DNA of 64,000 nucleotides from Camelus dromedarius (Eukaryota). Under the pieces are notes generated by a model. It saw nothing but the letters and a program-made list of their open reading frames with translations, ran no database searches and was not told where the DNA came from. Position numbers and translations under genes: made by a program. Positions 38,599 to 52,297 of the stretch are shown here, in pieces. Location of the stretch: positions 96,474,001 to 96,538,000 of the forward strand of contig NC_087472.1 in NCBI RefSeq assembly GCF_036321535.1, read 5' to 3'. The stretch's first letter is position 1; every line of letters begins with the position of its first letter.

Positions 38599-39779
38599 AG
38601 CCAGATTAAGAACCTGTAATCCTAATTCATAGTCAAGATTTATGAAGCCATCTTAAATTTTGTTAATCTTCAGAACTCTCACTGTTGGTGAAGCTAATCT
38701 GAGGAAGAGGAAAAAAAGGTTACCATATTTGTTCTCCAAAGCAACATTCAACAATAAAGCTCAGACCAAGGATTCTACCGTACATCTAAGGGAGAGAAGT
38801 GATTCAAAAGTATGAAAATTGGACCCCAGATAAATAAGATCCCAGTGGTTTGGATAAAGCAGGGTCTGAAACCCAAGTAGAGCCCCGCCTCTCAAGAGTT
38901 CCGTTGGGAGACTACATCCACTAATTTGCTTTTGGTGGAACAGGATGAGTCAAAAAAGGGGTGGCAGTGAGTCTTGGACCATCCATACCCTGGCATTTTG
39001 GAAACCCAGACAAATGGAAATGAAATCGAACATGCTATCTCCAAACATTGGGAGGTTCTGTATGGCCTGGGTTTGTTTCAAGTTGTTAAGGAAGATGGCC
39101 GTCCAGCAGCAGCCTGCAGACATGAAGCTATCCACCTGGTGAGCGTCTCCTCATTTTCAGATGACATAGGGCAGAAACTGTGGAGTGTGTTACTCCTTGG
39201 CTCTAAGGTTTGCGAGAAGGAATCATGATGAACTCAGTCAGGTCCAGCCTGGCATGGTCTCCAGGATGCCAAGAAAGTAATTAAACCAACACCAGCAGGA
39301 GAGGGATGGAGACTGAACTGGAGGAGAAGTTGTCTCTGGGTGCCACTGTTAAATTCCAGGATTCTCTTTACGAAGACTTTCAAATACTTCCTCAGGAAAA
39401 CTGTAGCAGGGATGACAATTGTATAGCATGAGATTCAGTCTTACCTCACTCTGTTCAATTTCTAAGGAGGAAAGATTCTTCATGTTGCAGCCCTTGGGTT
39501 TTCATTTACTGTGAAGAATCCACAGGTAATGCATAAGGAGATTTTTTTTTTAATAGAGAACACAGAGATTCCAAGTTAGAAGAGCAAAGAGGGAAAATAA
39601 AAGAAGTATAGATTCAACATTAGAGGGGATTTGAGAAGGTTGGAAAGTGACAATGGGAGAGATTTCCAGAGATCTCTTACCAGGAGTGTGAAGTGTATTG
39701 GGGAAAAAATATTTAAGATGTTAGGTAGGCATTAAAAATGCATTCCCTCTTTGGTTTTTCTCAAGAGACCAAGTAAAGC

Positions 39780-42700
39780 TGTAAATTACTCATCACGAAT
39801 GTTGGCTGCTGACCTAGATTTCTTTGGATGGATGCCTTGCAATAAATGGATCACATAAGGCCCTGACTCAAATTAAAATTATTAAGAATAGATGTAGCAC
39901 ACAGAAAATAACTGAAAATGAATTACTAATATCTGGAGGAAGATTAGAGAGGCTATCGCATTCATAAAACAAGAATTGGCTGTTAAGAATCAAACCAATT
40001 AAAGACTGGAAAATAAAAATTTGAATATCAAAAACTCTCTAGCTGAAAAACAAGTTTTTCTGAGTGATTTTCTCAGAACACAGTGCAAACCGGGAACAAA
40101 AGAGATTAAAATGTTAAATAAAAGTTAAAAGAACAAGGACAAATCCAGACGTATCAGCTCTGATCTAATGCAAGTTCCAGAGTTGCTAAAGAGAATAGAG
40201 GGGAGAGTATAATAAAAGAAATGAGATGAAAATTTCCCAGAGGTGAAAAAAAGGACACAGTTTTCATATTTAAAGAGCCAATCAAATGCTAAGCAGGATA
40301 AAATTTTAAATATTTATCTGGACCTATAATGGTGAAATATCAGAACGCCAAGAGTAAAGAAAAAATCCTTTAAATTCCCAAAGAGGAAAAACACATTGCC
40401 TTCAGAGAAACTAGAATAATATTATTCTCAGAATTCTCATCACTGCCTCTAAATGCTATAAGAAAGGAAATAATACATCTTCAACTATCAAAAGTGAGAA
40501 CAGAATAAAGGCATATTCAGACATGCAATGACTCAAAGTTTATCTTCCCAAAACCTTTTCAGGGATGTAGAGAATGTGTTCCAGCATGTGACTGTGTGAG
40601 CCTAGAAAGAGAAAGACAAAATATTAAAGAAAGAGTAAATACGCCCAGGAAAATAATAAGTAGAAATAATTCAAGGAGAGCAGCTGTACAAATAGACCTG
40701 GAGAGAAACCAAGCCAGTTGAAACAGGGGAAGGAGGCTCCCAGAGAAAAACTTTTGGGACTAAAAATCCAAGCAACCTAATGCTGAATCAAAATTAAGAG
40801 CTCAAAAATGGCACTGCACTGGTGAGACGGCTGGTGATGAACACTGTATGGATGAAAATTTAGAACTAACACTAAACAACTGGAAATTGTAATTATAAAG
40901 TAGAATGTGAATTTCAAACACCTTGATAAAGTAAAGTAACCAACAAAAAAGTGAAAGGTAGGTTTTCTATTTCTGGCCATAGTGGACTAACTTGTTGCAT
41001 ACCAACTCTCTCACGAAGTACAACCAGACAAACTAGGTAAGGTATTTTTAAAAATCTGTCTGAAGGTATCAGAGCCAATGCAATGAGAACTTGAGAGCCA
41101 AGATAAAAGATGAGAAACACACAAAGATGAGACCAAAATTCATTCCTGGCTGCTTTTTCCCTTGGAGGCATTTACTGAGTCTAAAAAAGCAGCCGAAAAG
41201 CTGAGAAGCTTACCAGAAGCAATGACTCATAGACTGAAGAGCTGAGCAGTGCTTCCAATAGTCTCAAAGGGATGGGGGGAAATTAAGAGTTTAGGGTCTA
41301 CCAAGGAAAAGGGACCCTGATAAACACTCCATGTTTGCAGCTGGAATCTCTAAAGGGACATATTTTAGGAATAAGGGTGAATCAGAAATGAATAAACACT
41401 CAGAAGACTTAGTCTCAGCTTCAAATCAGTTTAATCCCTGATTATATTAAGAATTGCCTCTCTTTAAGCTGCCAGCCTGAAGCTAAAGTAAAACAATTCT
41501 ATGAGAAAATAGCTTTACAGAGAAGCAAATTATCTCTATAATTTTTCATACATATGTCAAACATTCCATCAAAAATTATTAAGAGGATTCTAGCCAAGAT
41601 GGAGTGAGAAGATCGAATTTACCCTCCCATCTGAAACAATCAGAAGGTGAAAAAAAAATACACGAAGATGTAAGACACTGAACGTTAGGCAACAAATGAC
41701 AGTGATGGAGAGAGCTGGGAAACAGACGAGGTGAGCCCTAGCATCACCCCACACTGCTGCCTAGGGTTTCCAGGTCATGGTGCAGGGAAGGGGAACCCAG
41801 AGATAGCCCGGTGACCTCCCCAAGTTGAAGAGACAGAGGTGAAAATCGGGGGGGATCAAAATGGCTAGAATCTCAGGAATGAGTTCCAGGGAGGAGAGAA
41901 CTGCAAAGACAGAGAGAACTCCAGGCTCTCTGCAGAGGGCCTCCCTGGAGTATCCAGCAGAGTGCTAATCAGCACAAGCATGTCAGGAAACTGCCCAAGG
42001 CCAGGGAAAGCATCGAATGAAGAGATTAGAGGGAACAGTACTCAGAGTTAACACAGGGCCAAGAATACTGCCTGTTCCCACTAACTGGACTGGACAACCT
42101 CAAAATTCATAGGGAATTTGGCAGAGTACTCAGAATAATCTTAGGTCAGTTGAGGGGATAATTAACCCTAGACTAAACATTGTTCTGGTCCTGTCTAACA
42201 AATCTTAAAAGCAGGACCTGAAAGGATCAAATTGTTTCCAAATAACCGTGTCACAGAATAAAGCTCAAGAATGTTTACAGGAAAATTATCCATCACTCAA
42301 CAAGGTAGAATTCACAATGTCTGGTATCCAATTAAAAAAATTACTAGGCATGCAAAGAAGGAGGAAAATACAACCCAAGACAAGGGGGGGAAGTCAATCA
42401 ATCAAACCAGCCCCCAAATGACACAGATGTTAAAATTAGCAGACAAGAACATTACAAGGATTCTAACAGTATTTCATACCCTCAAAAGTTAAGACATGGG
42501 AGATATATTTTTTTGCAAGACTCAAATCGAGCTTCAAGAGATGAAAATTTCAATGTCTGAGATGAAATTACGCTGGAAAGATTAATAGCAAATTAGTAAT
42601 AGCCAAAATTTTTCCAAATAAAATGAAAATTATAAACTCACAGATCCAAGAAGCTCAATGAATCCCAAACACAAGAAACATGAAGAAAACTATACTAAGG

Positions 42701-45700
42701 CACATCATAATCATATTGCTCAAAGCCAGTGATAAAGACTATATAGAAAAATAGATTAAAAAACTAACTTCTTCTGTATAGCACAGAACTATATTTCAAT
42801 ATCTTGTAATAACTTTTAATTAAAAAGAATATGAAAATGAATACATGCATGACTGGGACATTATGCTGTACACCAGAAATTGACACATTGTAAACTGTAC
42901 TTCAATTTTTTAAATTAAATAAATAAAAATTTAAATTTAAAAAGGAACAGTGATAAAGAGAAAATCTTAAAAGCAGCCACACAATTTCAAAAAACACATT
43001 ACGTAACAACATCATATTTTTCTTTGGAACAGTTGAAAGTGGAGGACAGTGATGAAACATCTTTAGAATATCAAAAGAAAAAAAAAGTCAACCTAGAATT
43101 CTATACCAAGTGAAAGGTCTTTCAAAAATGAAGGGAAACACTTCTCAGACTTACAAAAGCTGAAAGAAGTCATCACACAATAGGGAAAAGACAGTCTTTT
43201 CAATAAATGGTGTTGGGAACATTCACATGCAAAAGAATGAAATTGGACCTGTATTTTATACCAAACACACAAAAAAACTTGAAGTAGATTAAAGATTTAA
43301 ATATAAGACCCCAAATCATAAAACTCCTAGAAGAAACATAGGGGGAAAATCTCTTTGACATTGGTCTCGGCAATGATTTTTTGGATATGACACCAAAAGC
43401 ACAGGCAAAAAGAGCTAAAATAAACAAATGAGCCTACATCACACTAAAAAGCTTCTGTACAGTAAAAGATACAATCAACAAAATGTTGCTACCTATGGAA
43501 AAGGAGAAAATACTTGCAAACTATATATCTGATAAGGGTCAATGTCCAGTATATATAAGGAACACATACAACTCAATAGCAAAACAACCAATAACCCAAT
43601 TTAAAAATGGGAAAAAACTGAATAGACATTTTTCCAAAAGAAGGCATACAAATGACCAACAGATGTATGTATGAAAAGACATACAACATCACAAATTATC
43701 AGGAAAATGCAAATCAAAACCGTAATGAAATATCACCTCACACATGTTAGAATGGGTATTACCAAAAAGACAAAACATAACAGGTGTTGGCAAGGATGTA
43801 GAAGCAAAGGGAACCCTTGTACATTCTTGATGGGAATGTAAATTGGTGCAGCTATTATGGAAAACAGTAGGGAGGTTTCACAAAAAAAATTGAAAATAAA
43901 CTACCGTATAATACAACAATCTCACTTCTGGGTATATATCTAGAGGAAACAAAATGAGTATCATGAAGTATATCTGGACTCCCAATAGCCAAGATATGGA
44001 AACAATTTAAGTGGCCATAATGAATAAATGGATAAGGGATTATGGATGAATGGAGAAATATGATATATATATATATGAAAAAACAGATAAAGCTGCAAGG
44101 AGAAAAAGACCAATCCACAATTGTAGTTAGAGATTTCAATATCCCTCTTTCAATAATTTATAGAAGAAATAAAAAATCAGGAAGGATATAGAAGACTTGA
44201 ACAAAATTATCAACCCTCGATCTAATTTATTGACATTTGTAGAACACTTCCCCCAAAACAGCAGAATACAAATTTTTTCAAATATTTGGAAACTAAATAA
44301 CACAGTTAAATAACTCATGGGTCAAAAAGAAGTTAGAAAATAAATTAAAGTGAATGAAAATGAAAACACAGAACTTCAAAATTTGTAAGGTTTGCTAAAG
44401 TAGTACTTAGATGAAAACTTACAGAGCCAAATGCCTAAATTAGAAAAGAAGAAAAGATTCAATGACTTCAGTCTGCACCTTTCAAGAAACTAGAAAAAGA
44501 AGAGAAAATTAAATCCAAATTAAGCAGAAGAAAGATGATACAAAGATCAGAGCAGAAATCAATGAAATAGGAAAAATTGAAAAAATTAATGAAACCAAAT
44601 GCTGGTCCTTGGAGAATTTCAATAAATCTGATAAACCTTCAGCCAGACGGATCAGGAAAAAAAAAAACAAAAACAAAAATTAACAAAATCAGGAATGAGC
44701 GGTAACATCAGTACAGATTCTATAGTTATTAGAAAGATAATAAGGGAATATGACTACAACTTTATGCCAATAAATTCAACAACTTATATGAACAAATTCC
44801 TTGAAAGACACAAGCTACTGCAACTCACTCAAGAAGAAAAAGATGACCTAAATAGCTCTCTATTGATGATATTGGATATCCCACAAAGGGAATGCCAGGC
44901 CTAGATAGCTTTGATAGTGAATTCTATCAAACATTCAAGGAAGAAATAATGTCAATTCTGTACCAACTCATCTAGACAATTAAAGAAGAAAGAATACTTC
45001 TGGCATAACTCTGATACAAAACCAGAAAAAGACATCACAAGATATGAAAACCACAATCCAACATCGCTCATAAACATAGCTGCAAAAATTCTCCTCACCA
45101 CCCCATCAAACCAGCTTCTCCCAATGTCCCTGCTGTTGTTCATAGCCATTCAAGTTGTCTTCAAAACCACCTGCTACTTCTGCTTTTCTCTGCTCCCACA
45201 TGCAATCAATCAATTCCTCAATCTTCCTTCCCTCTTGGTTGTTTTCAAGGCTTTCCCTTCTTGTCATCCCTGCTCTAACTCAGGTCTCCCCTACCTTGTA
45301 GCTGGGGCCTTGCAGCAGCCCCTGAGTGGCATCCCCACCTCAGTCCAGTCCATCCAGAACATGTGTACACTGGTACAAGCAAGTTTGACCATTTTTGCCA
45401 CCATCTTGAACTACGTTCCTTATATCAACAAACACTTAACACAGCGTTTTATATATAATCAGCAGTCAAACATTATTTACTGAGTGAAGTTAACAGGGAG
45501 GTCCTCAGGGCAGGGATCACGTTGTTGTGTTTACCGGTGGATGCCCATGAGCCAGCAGAAAGTACATGGTAGCACTCAATAAATGTTTCTTGAGTGATTG
45601 AATAAACAAAAGGATGCCACTTGCCTACTCAAAAAATTTCAAGGGCTCCCTCTCCCTATCAAATCAATGTTCAAACTGCTACATCTGGCATTCAATATAC

Positions 45701-48700
45701 TTTATATTTCTGCACTGGGGCTCTTTATGTTTTGAGATATTAAAAATCCAATTTTAAAGAACTTAAGCATAAAAAAGGGAATTTATTGGTTTGTATAACT
45801 AGAAAATCTAAAGAACAAGATCAGTTGGGCCAGTGGGTTCACAGTGGGCTGTTGCATCCCAGGGTGCTGAGGTAAGACCTGGGAGGTGAACACAAAGTTC
45901 AGTAGAGGCTGAAGAAGCAGTGATGATGGGGAGGTGTGGGGGTAACTGATAGGTCCTGCACTCTGGGTTTTCATGCAATCCCAGGATATTTGTCTGAACA
46001 GGGCAGGTTCATTTAAAGCATCTTCAGTGGGTAAACCCCTATTAGGTGTTAAGGACTAAAGGCTGGGACTGCTCAACCTGTGGGTGGGTGTGGAAGGAGG
46101 TGTTCAATAATGCCATACAGGAGGTAGAATTAGTCAGTGAGAGAGCCGCTTTCAGGTAATAATCCCTTCCCTGGCCCAAGGGAAAATTATTTCCTTCCTA
46201 TCAAAGGAGAACATGCGGGCTGCTGATAGCCCAGGAAAACTTACACACTCATATGCCTGAAATCAGGGACCTACACCAGAGGGCTGTTTCCTGTGCCTTT
46301 CACTGCTATGATTTCATAATTGGCTCCCTTTATCAACAACATAGGATTTCACCAATTTAAAGAAAGCAAAGAGTAGTGATCCAGCATTGATGCAAACCAG
46401 CCATATTTCCTGGAAATTTATTTGTCTCCAAGACTCAAAGCTAGGCCCTGGGATTACAAAGCCAAAGCAATAAAAGCACAAGATTGATGTTAACTGTAAA
46501 TACTCCAGAAGTTTCTATATGTATATGAAGGGTGGGAAGGGATAAATTGAGAGTTTGAAATTTGCAGATACTAACTACTATATATAAAATAAACAAGTTT
46601 CTACTGTATAGCACAGGGAACTATATTCAATATCTTGTAGTAACCTATAATGAAAAACAATATGAAAAGGAACATATGTATGTATATGTATGACTGAAGC
46701 ATTATGCTGACTCAGAAACTGACTCAGCATTGTAAACTGACCATACTTCAATTTAAAAAAGAAAGAAAGAAATGGGCAAAATGCACTAACAGACACTAAA
46801 ATAAAGAGGATATATAGATGATAAATGAGCATATGAAAAGATGCCCAATGTTACTTAGTCATTAGGGAAATGCGCATTAGAACCTCAAGGAGATAGCGTT
46901 ACACACCTAACAGAATGGTTAAAAAAATTTTTTTAAACTGATGATACCAAGTGCTGACAAGCATGGAGAACAACTGGAACTCTCATACATTGCTGATGGT
47001 AACACAAAATGGTATAGCCACTCTGGGAAACATTTTGACAGTTTCTTATAAAGTTAAACATACACTTACCACATTACCCAGAAGTCCCACTCCTAGGGAA
47101 TTACCCTACATAAATGAAAACTTATGTTCACAAAAACATGAATGTCTATAGCAACTCAAATCATAATTGCAACCCAAATGGTCTTCAATGGGTAAATGAA
47201 TAAACCACTGTGGTGCAGCCTTATAATCGAATATGAGCAATAATAAAAACATAGATGAGACCCAAAGGCACTATGCTCAGTGAAATAAGTCACTTTTGAA
47301 GGTTATATACTGCATGATTCAATTTTATATGAAATTCTGGAAAAAAGAAAGCTATAGTGATAGAGAAGATGATTGGTTGCCAAGGATTAGGGGTATGACT
47401 ACAAAGGGGCAGGCTGAGGGTAATTTTTTAAACGATGCAAGTTTTCTGCATCCAGTTTGTGGCAGAGGTTACACAAATTTAAACATTTGCTAAAACTCAT
47501 GGAACTGTACCCCAAAAACAAAAGAGTCATTTTTACTATATGTTAATTTCTAAAAAGCTCTTAGAACTTTACACCAAAAAAGTCAACGGTACTGTTTGTT
47601 ATTTTATAATAAAATAAAATTTTTAAAAAGAGAAAAAATTTAATAGCACTACATATCCACTGAAATGGGTAAAATTTTTAAAAACCTGACCACAACAAGT
47701 GCTGGTAAGGATGTGGAACAACTAAAACTCTTAGTACAGCTAGTGGAATTGTTAAGTGGTACAAGTACATTGGGAAAAAAGTTTACCTGTGACTAAAATG
47801 TTAACACATAGACCATGCAAACCAGTCACTCCATTTACCCAAAAGAAATGAAAACATTTGTCCACACAAATACATAAATGTTCATGGCAGTTTTATTTAT
47901 AATGGCCTAAAACTGGAAACAATCCAAACATCCACCAATAGGTGAATGTATAAAAAAAAAAAACTATGTTATATCCACACAATGGAATAATACTCAGCAA
48001 TTAAAAGGAATGAACTATTGGTATATGCAGCAATACGGATGAATCTCAAAATAACCACGCTGAATGAAAGAAGCAAAACTAAAAGAAAAAGAAAAAGAGT
48101 AGTAGCATTAAGAGTAGATTATATGCAACCAACGACAGAATTACTGAACTGGAAGGTAGGTCAAAAGAAACTATCCAGAATGAAGCATGGAGAGACTTAA
48201 AGAATGGAAAATATATTTGAAAAAGTATGAGACACTGGAGATACGATGTAGAGAACTAGCTCATATTTCACTGAACTCCCAGAAGGAAAGGCAAGAGAGA
48301 ATGGAAGAAGAAGCAACATTTGAAGAGATAACAAGTCATTAATCTCTGGTTTCAAGAAGCCCAACAAATCCTAAGCAGGATAAATCAAAAGAAATTCACA
48401 CCTAGACATATCGTGGTGAAACTACAGTGGGGAAAAAGCACATAGAGGGGCAAACACTGATTACTTTCCAAGGAGCAATAGTGAGATCAATAACTGACTT
48501 CTCAATGGGAACAATGGAATTCAGAAAACAATGTAATGAAAGGAACTGTCAACCTAGAATTCTTTATCTAGGGTTTAAAACACACAGAGAATTAAAATAA
48601 ATCACAAAGGTAACATTTAAGTTGGGGAGACTAATCTATAGCCCTTGCATTTTTTTCAGAGAAGTGTAAAAGTGCCAATTAACATTTGACTTTGATACGT

Positions 48701-51700
48701 TAAGAAACCATATTGTAATGTCCAGGGTAACCATTATTGAAATAGTAAAAGAAACTTCTTTTATTTGCAGACTAACAGAAGGGAAAAAGCGGAGTAGTAA
48801 AAAATAAATCCAAAATAAGGAAATAGATGAAAGGTAAATATGCAGCTAAATTTATTCAACAATCACTAAAAGTGGGAAAATCAGATCTTATGTGCCTAAT
48901 GTTCTGATGCAATATGAAGCGTATGGCACCACCTATTACGTATTCTTGCCAAAAGAACTGAATATAGATCTAATCAAGGTTTCAGATCTAACCACCCACT
49001 TACAAGAAATAAGAGCAATAGAAGAGCAAGTTAAATGACATCATGAGGAAGCAACCAGCCAAATGCAGTCTGTGAGACATTCCATATAACAAATGGCCTG
49101 GTTTCTCTGAAAAAGTAACTCCATAGAAAAGGGTGGGTAGTGAGTGAAGAACTCTTAAAGAATAAAAGAGTCAATTAGGGAAATTTAGATATGGATTGGA
49201 TAATGTATTATAATCAATTATTGTAAATGTTTCTACATCTGATGAGGGCATGATAAATTTTTTAAAATGTCATCTGAGAAGCATACTTGGGTATTTAGCA
49301 GTGAAACTACATGATATCTAGGATTTGCTTTAAAACACTGCAGAATAAAATGGGATGGGAGGGACAGATGAAAAGAAATTGGCAGAATGTTGGTAATTAC
49401 TGAATCTAGATAATGGGAAATTGGGGGTCCATTATCCTATTCTGACTGCTTTTGTTATGTTTGAATTTTCACAACAAAAATGTTAAAAAGTATGCAGCAG
49501 GTTAGACAGATAAATATCAAATATTTCACTGAGTACATTAAAAATAAAACAGTTAACAGGAGTAAAATTGTACTGAATTTTTAAATTTTGCTTATATACT
49601 GCTTATAAGAGACTAATCTAAAGCATGATGATACCATAAGGTTAAAAGTAAAGATTTTTTAAAGGAAAATATTAAGAATGATATATTTGCAAGCACATGA
49701 TAAACCCCCAAAATACATAGTATAAGGACATTGCAAAGAACCAAGAAGGCCAAGTCACCCTTGAAGAACAAAATGGATAGACCTGCCCTAAGAAATATAG
49801 GGATTATTCTTAAACTATAGTAAGTCATGGGACTGGTATCCAGAATACATAAAGAACTCTTTTAACTCGATAATAAAAAGACAGTTAACCCAATTAAAAC
49901 TAAGGAAAGGATTTAATAGACATTTCGCCAAAGAAGATATACAAATGGCCAGCAAGCACATGAAAAAATGTTCAATATCCTCAGTCATTAGGGAAACCCA
50001 AATCAAAATCACAAGGAGATAAACCTTCACATCCACTAGGATGACTGTAATCAAAAAGATAGACAATAACAAGTGTTGGCAAGAATGCAGAGAAATTGGC
50101 ACCCTCATACACTACTGATGGGACTGTAAAATCATGCAGCTGCTTTGGAAAATTGTCTGGCAGTTGCTCAAAATATTAAACATAGAATTACCATTTGACC
50201 CAGCAACTCCACTCCTAAGTATACACCCAAAAGAAATGAAAATACATGTACATGCAAAAACTTGTGCACAAATGTTTACAGTGGCATTATTCATGAGTCA
50301 AAAAGTGGAACTCGAATGTCCATTAACTGATGCATGGATAAAGAGAATGTGGTAAATCACAAAATAGAATATTATCTATTATAAAAAAGAATGAAGTACT
50401 GATACATGACACAGTATGGATGACCCTTGACAACATTACGCTAAGGGAAAGAAGCCGGCCAAAAAGAGCACGTGTTGTATGGTTCCATTTATTTGAAATG
50501 ACCAGAAAAGCAAATCCATAAGGACTGAAAGTAGACTAATGCTTGCCAGAGGCTGGGAGGAGGCAGGGACTGAGGAGTAACTGCTAATGGGTACAGGATT
50601 TCTTTGGTGGTGATGAAATATTCTATAATTAGAGCATGATGATGGCTGCACAGCACTTTGATTATAAAAACACTGAATTGTACACTTTAAATGGGTGGAT
50701 TTTATGGTATGTGAATTATAGCTCAATAAAGGTGTTTTTTAAACTACAGTAATTCAAAGAGTGTTGTAAAGTTGCAGAAAAAGATGAGTGACAAATAGAA
50801 TAAAACAGAGAACCTAGAAATAGACTGACATCTGTAGGAATATTTTACATATTACAGAACTGGCTCTGAAGATCAGTGGAGACAGTGTTGGTTTTTCAAT
50901 AAAGTATTAAGTTTGAAATTGTATCAGTTTGAAATTGAAAAAAATTAAAATTGGATGCCTAACTCATATATATCCTAAAGGTGACTCCTTGGATTAAAAA
51001 CTTATGTGTGATAATTCAAACTACAGAGCTTTTTAAAAATAACATCAGAAACTATCTTCATTACTATAGGGAAGGGAAGGCTTTCCTAAGACATGTAGCA
51101 ATAAACATAACGAAAATATTTCAATTTTAATTCTTTAAAATGAAGACTTCTGTTCATTAAAAGAAACAATAGAGTACAATGGCAAGCCACAGAGCAAGAG
51201 AAGAGATTTGCAGAGACTGCTAAATTACATATAGCTGACAAAGGACTAATGTCAAGAATATATAATGTGTATGGATCACCAAGGAAAAGGCAAACAATCC
51301 AACAGAAAATGGGCCCCCCAAAATCTATACAGGCTTTCACAGAAGAGGAAACACGAATAATGACAAAGCATGTGAAAAGATGCTCAATATTATTCATATT
51401 TAGGGGCATGTTAATTGAAGCCTCAATGTAATTTTTTTATATGCACAAGGTTGGCAAGACTTAAAAGTCTGAGAACACACTTTGGTGAGAATAGCTAGCA
51501 ATGGGAATTCTCATACATTGCTGCACATCCTCACCAAAACTTAATATTTTCAGATTTTACTGGTGAGAATGTAAACTGGTTAATTTTGAAACAAAGCTTG
51601 GCATTGCATATTAAATTTGAATAAGGTGAGAAAAATATTCGGAGATAATGGCAATGTCTGCTACAATAACGCTCTCATTCTTGCTAGCCCAACAAGATGC

Positions 51701-52241
51701 ACAACACGCTGGGAAAGAAGGACAGGATGAAGTCTTATCCATGTTAACTATATGCTAAGTGTTAAGTTAAGATATTTTCATATGCTTCTATATCTAAAGT
51801 TGAGGCAAAGGCGGCACCCAGTTGCTGTTATTCTATGACAGGAAACTTCTGGCTGAAGCTCCTTCTACTAGAGAAAAATAACTCAGAAGCACTGTTACTC
51901 CATGAGGACACGCTACACATTTACAGAATTGTCACCACTCTCCTGCTTCGTTCTTCAAGAGACATCGGTTTCAAATATTTACATTTTTCAGTACAATAAT
52001 AATCACATGCTGGGATGTGAAATTGAAGAGATTCTTTCTTCTCAGTGCCATTTTATGATGACAAGACAAATCCAGAAGATCTTATATGAGAACGATAGTA
52101 ATGCCCAAAGAAGCAAAATGCCAGTCAGAGCAGTGATAATTACACACATAATATAGGGAAGTTTCCTTCAGAGGAAGAGAGGCTTGACTCATCAGGAAGA
52201 AAGGGCTCAACAAATAACAACTCCCACACTTGATTAAAACA

Positions 52242-52297
<56 letters not shown>

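Larger units (their letters stand above)
37316..39420 (-). pseudogene. Possible decayed coding relic or cryptic exons of unknown identity
   Basis: Stop-poor minus frame that stays in phase after removing an L1 insertion; TACTAAC branch point plus CAGCAG acceptor at 37718-37694; no protein family recognised. Confidence 0.3.

Noticed and set aside
38880..39420. Short motif resemblances to GREB1-like glycosyltransferases (AGVG, IFLN..QTQ), mononegavirus N (PYVI..GD) or L protein (QKLW)
   Set aside because: Only 4-6 residue matches, in inconsistent frames or strands and with wrong spacing; no identity can be assigned without a profile search
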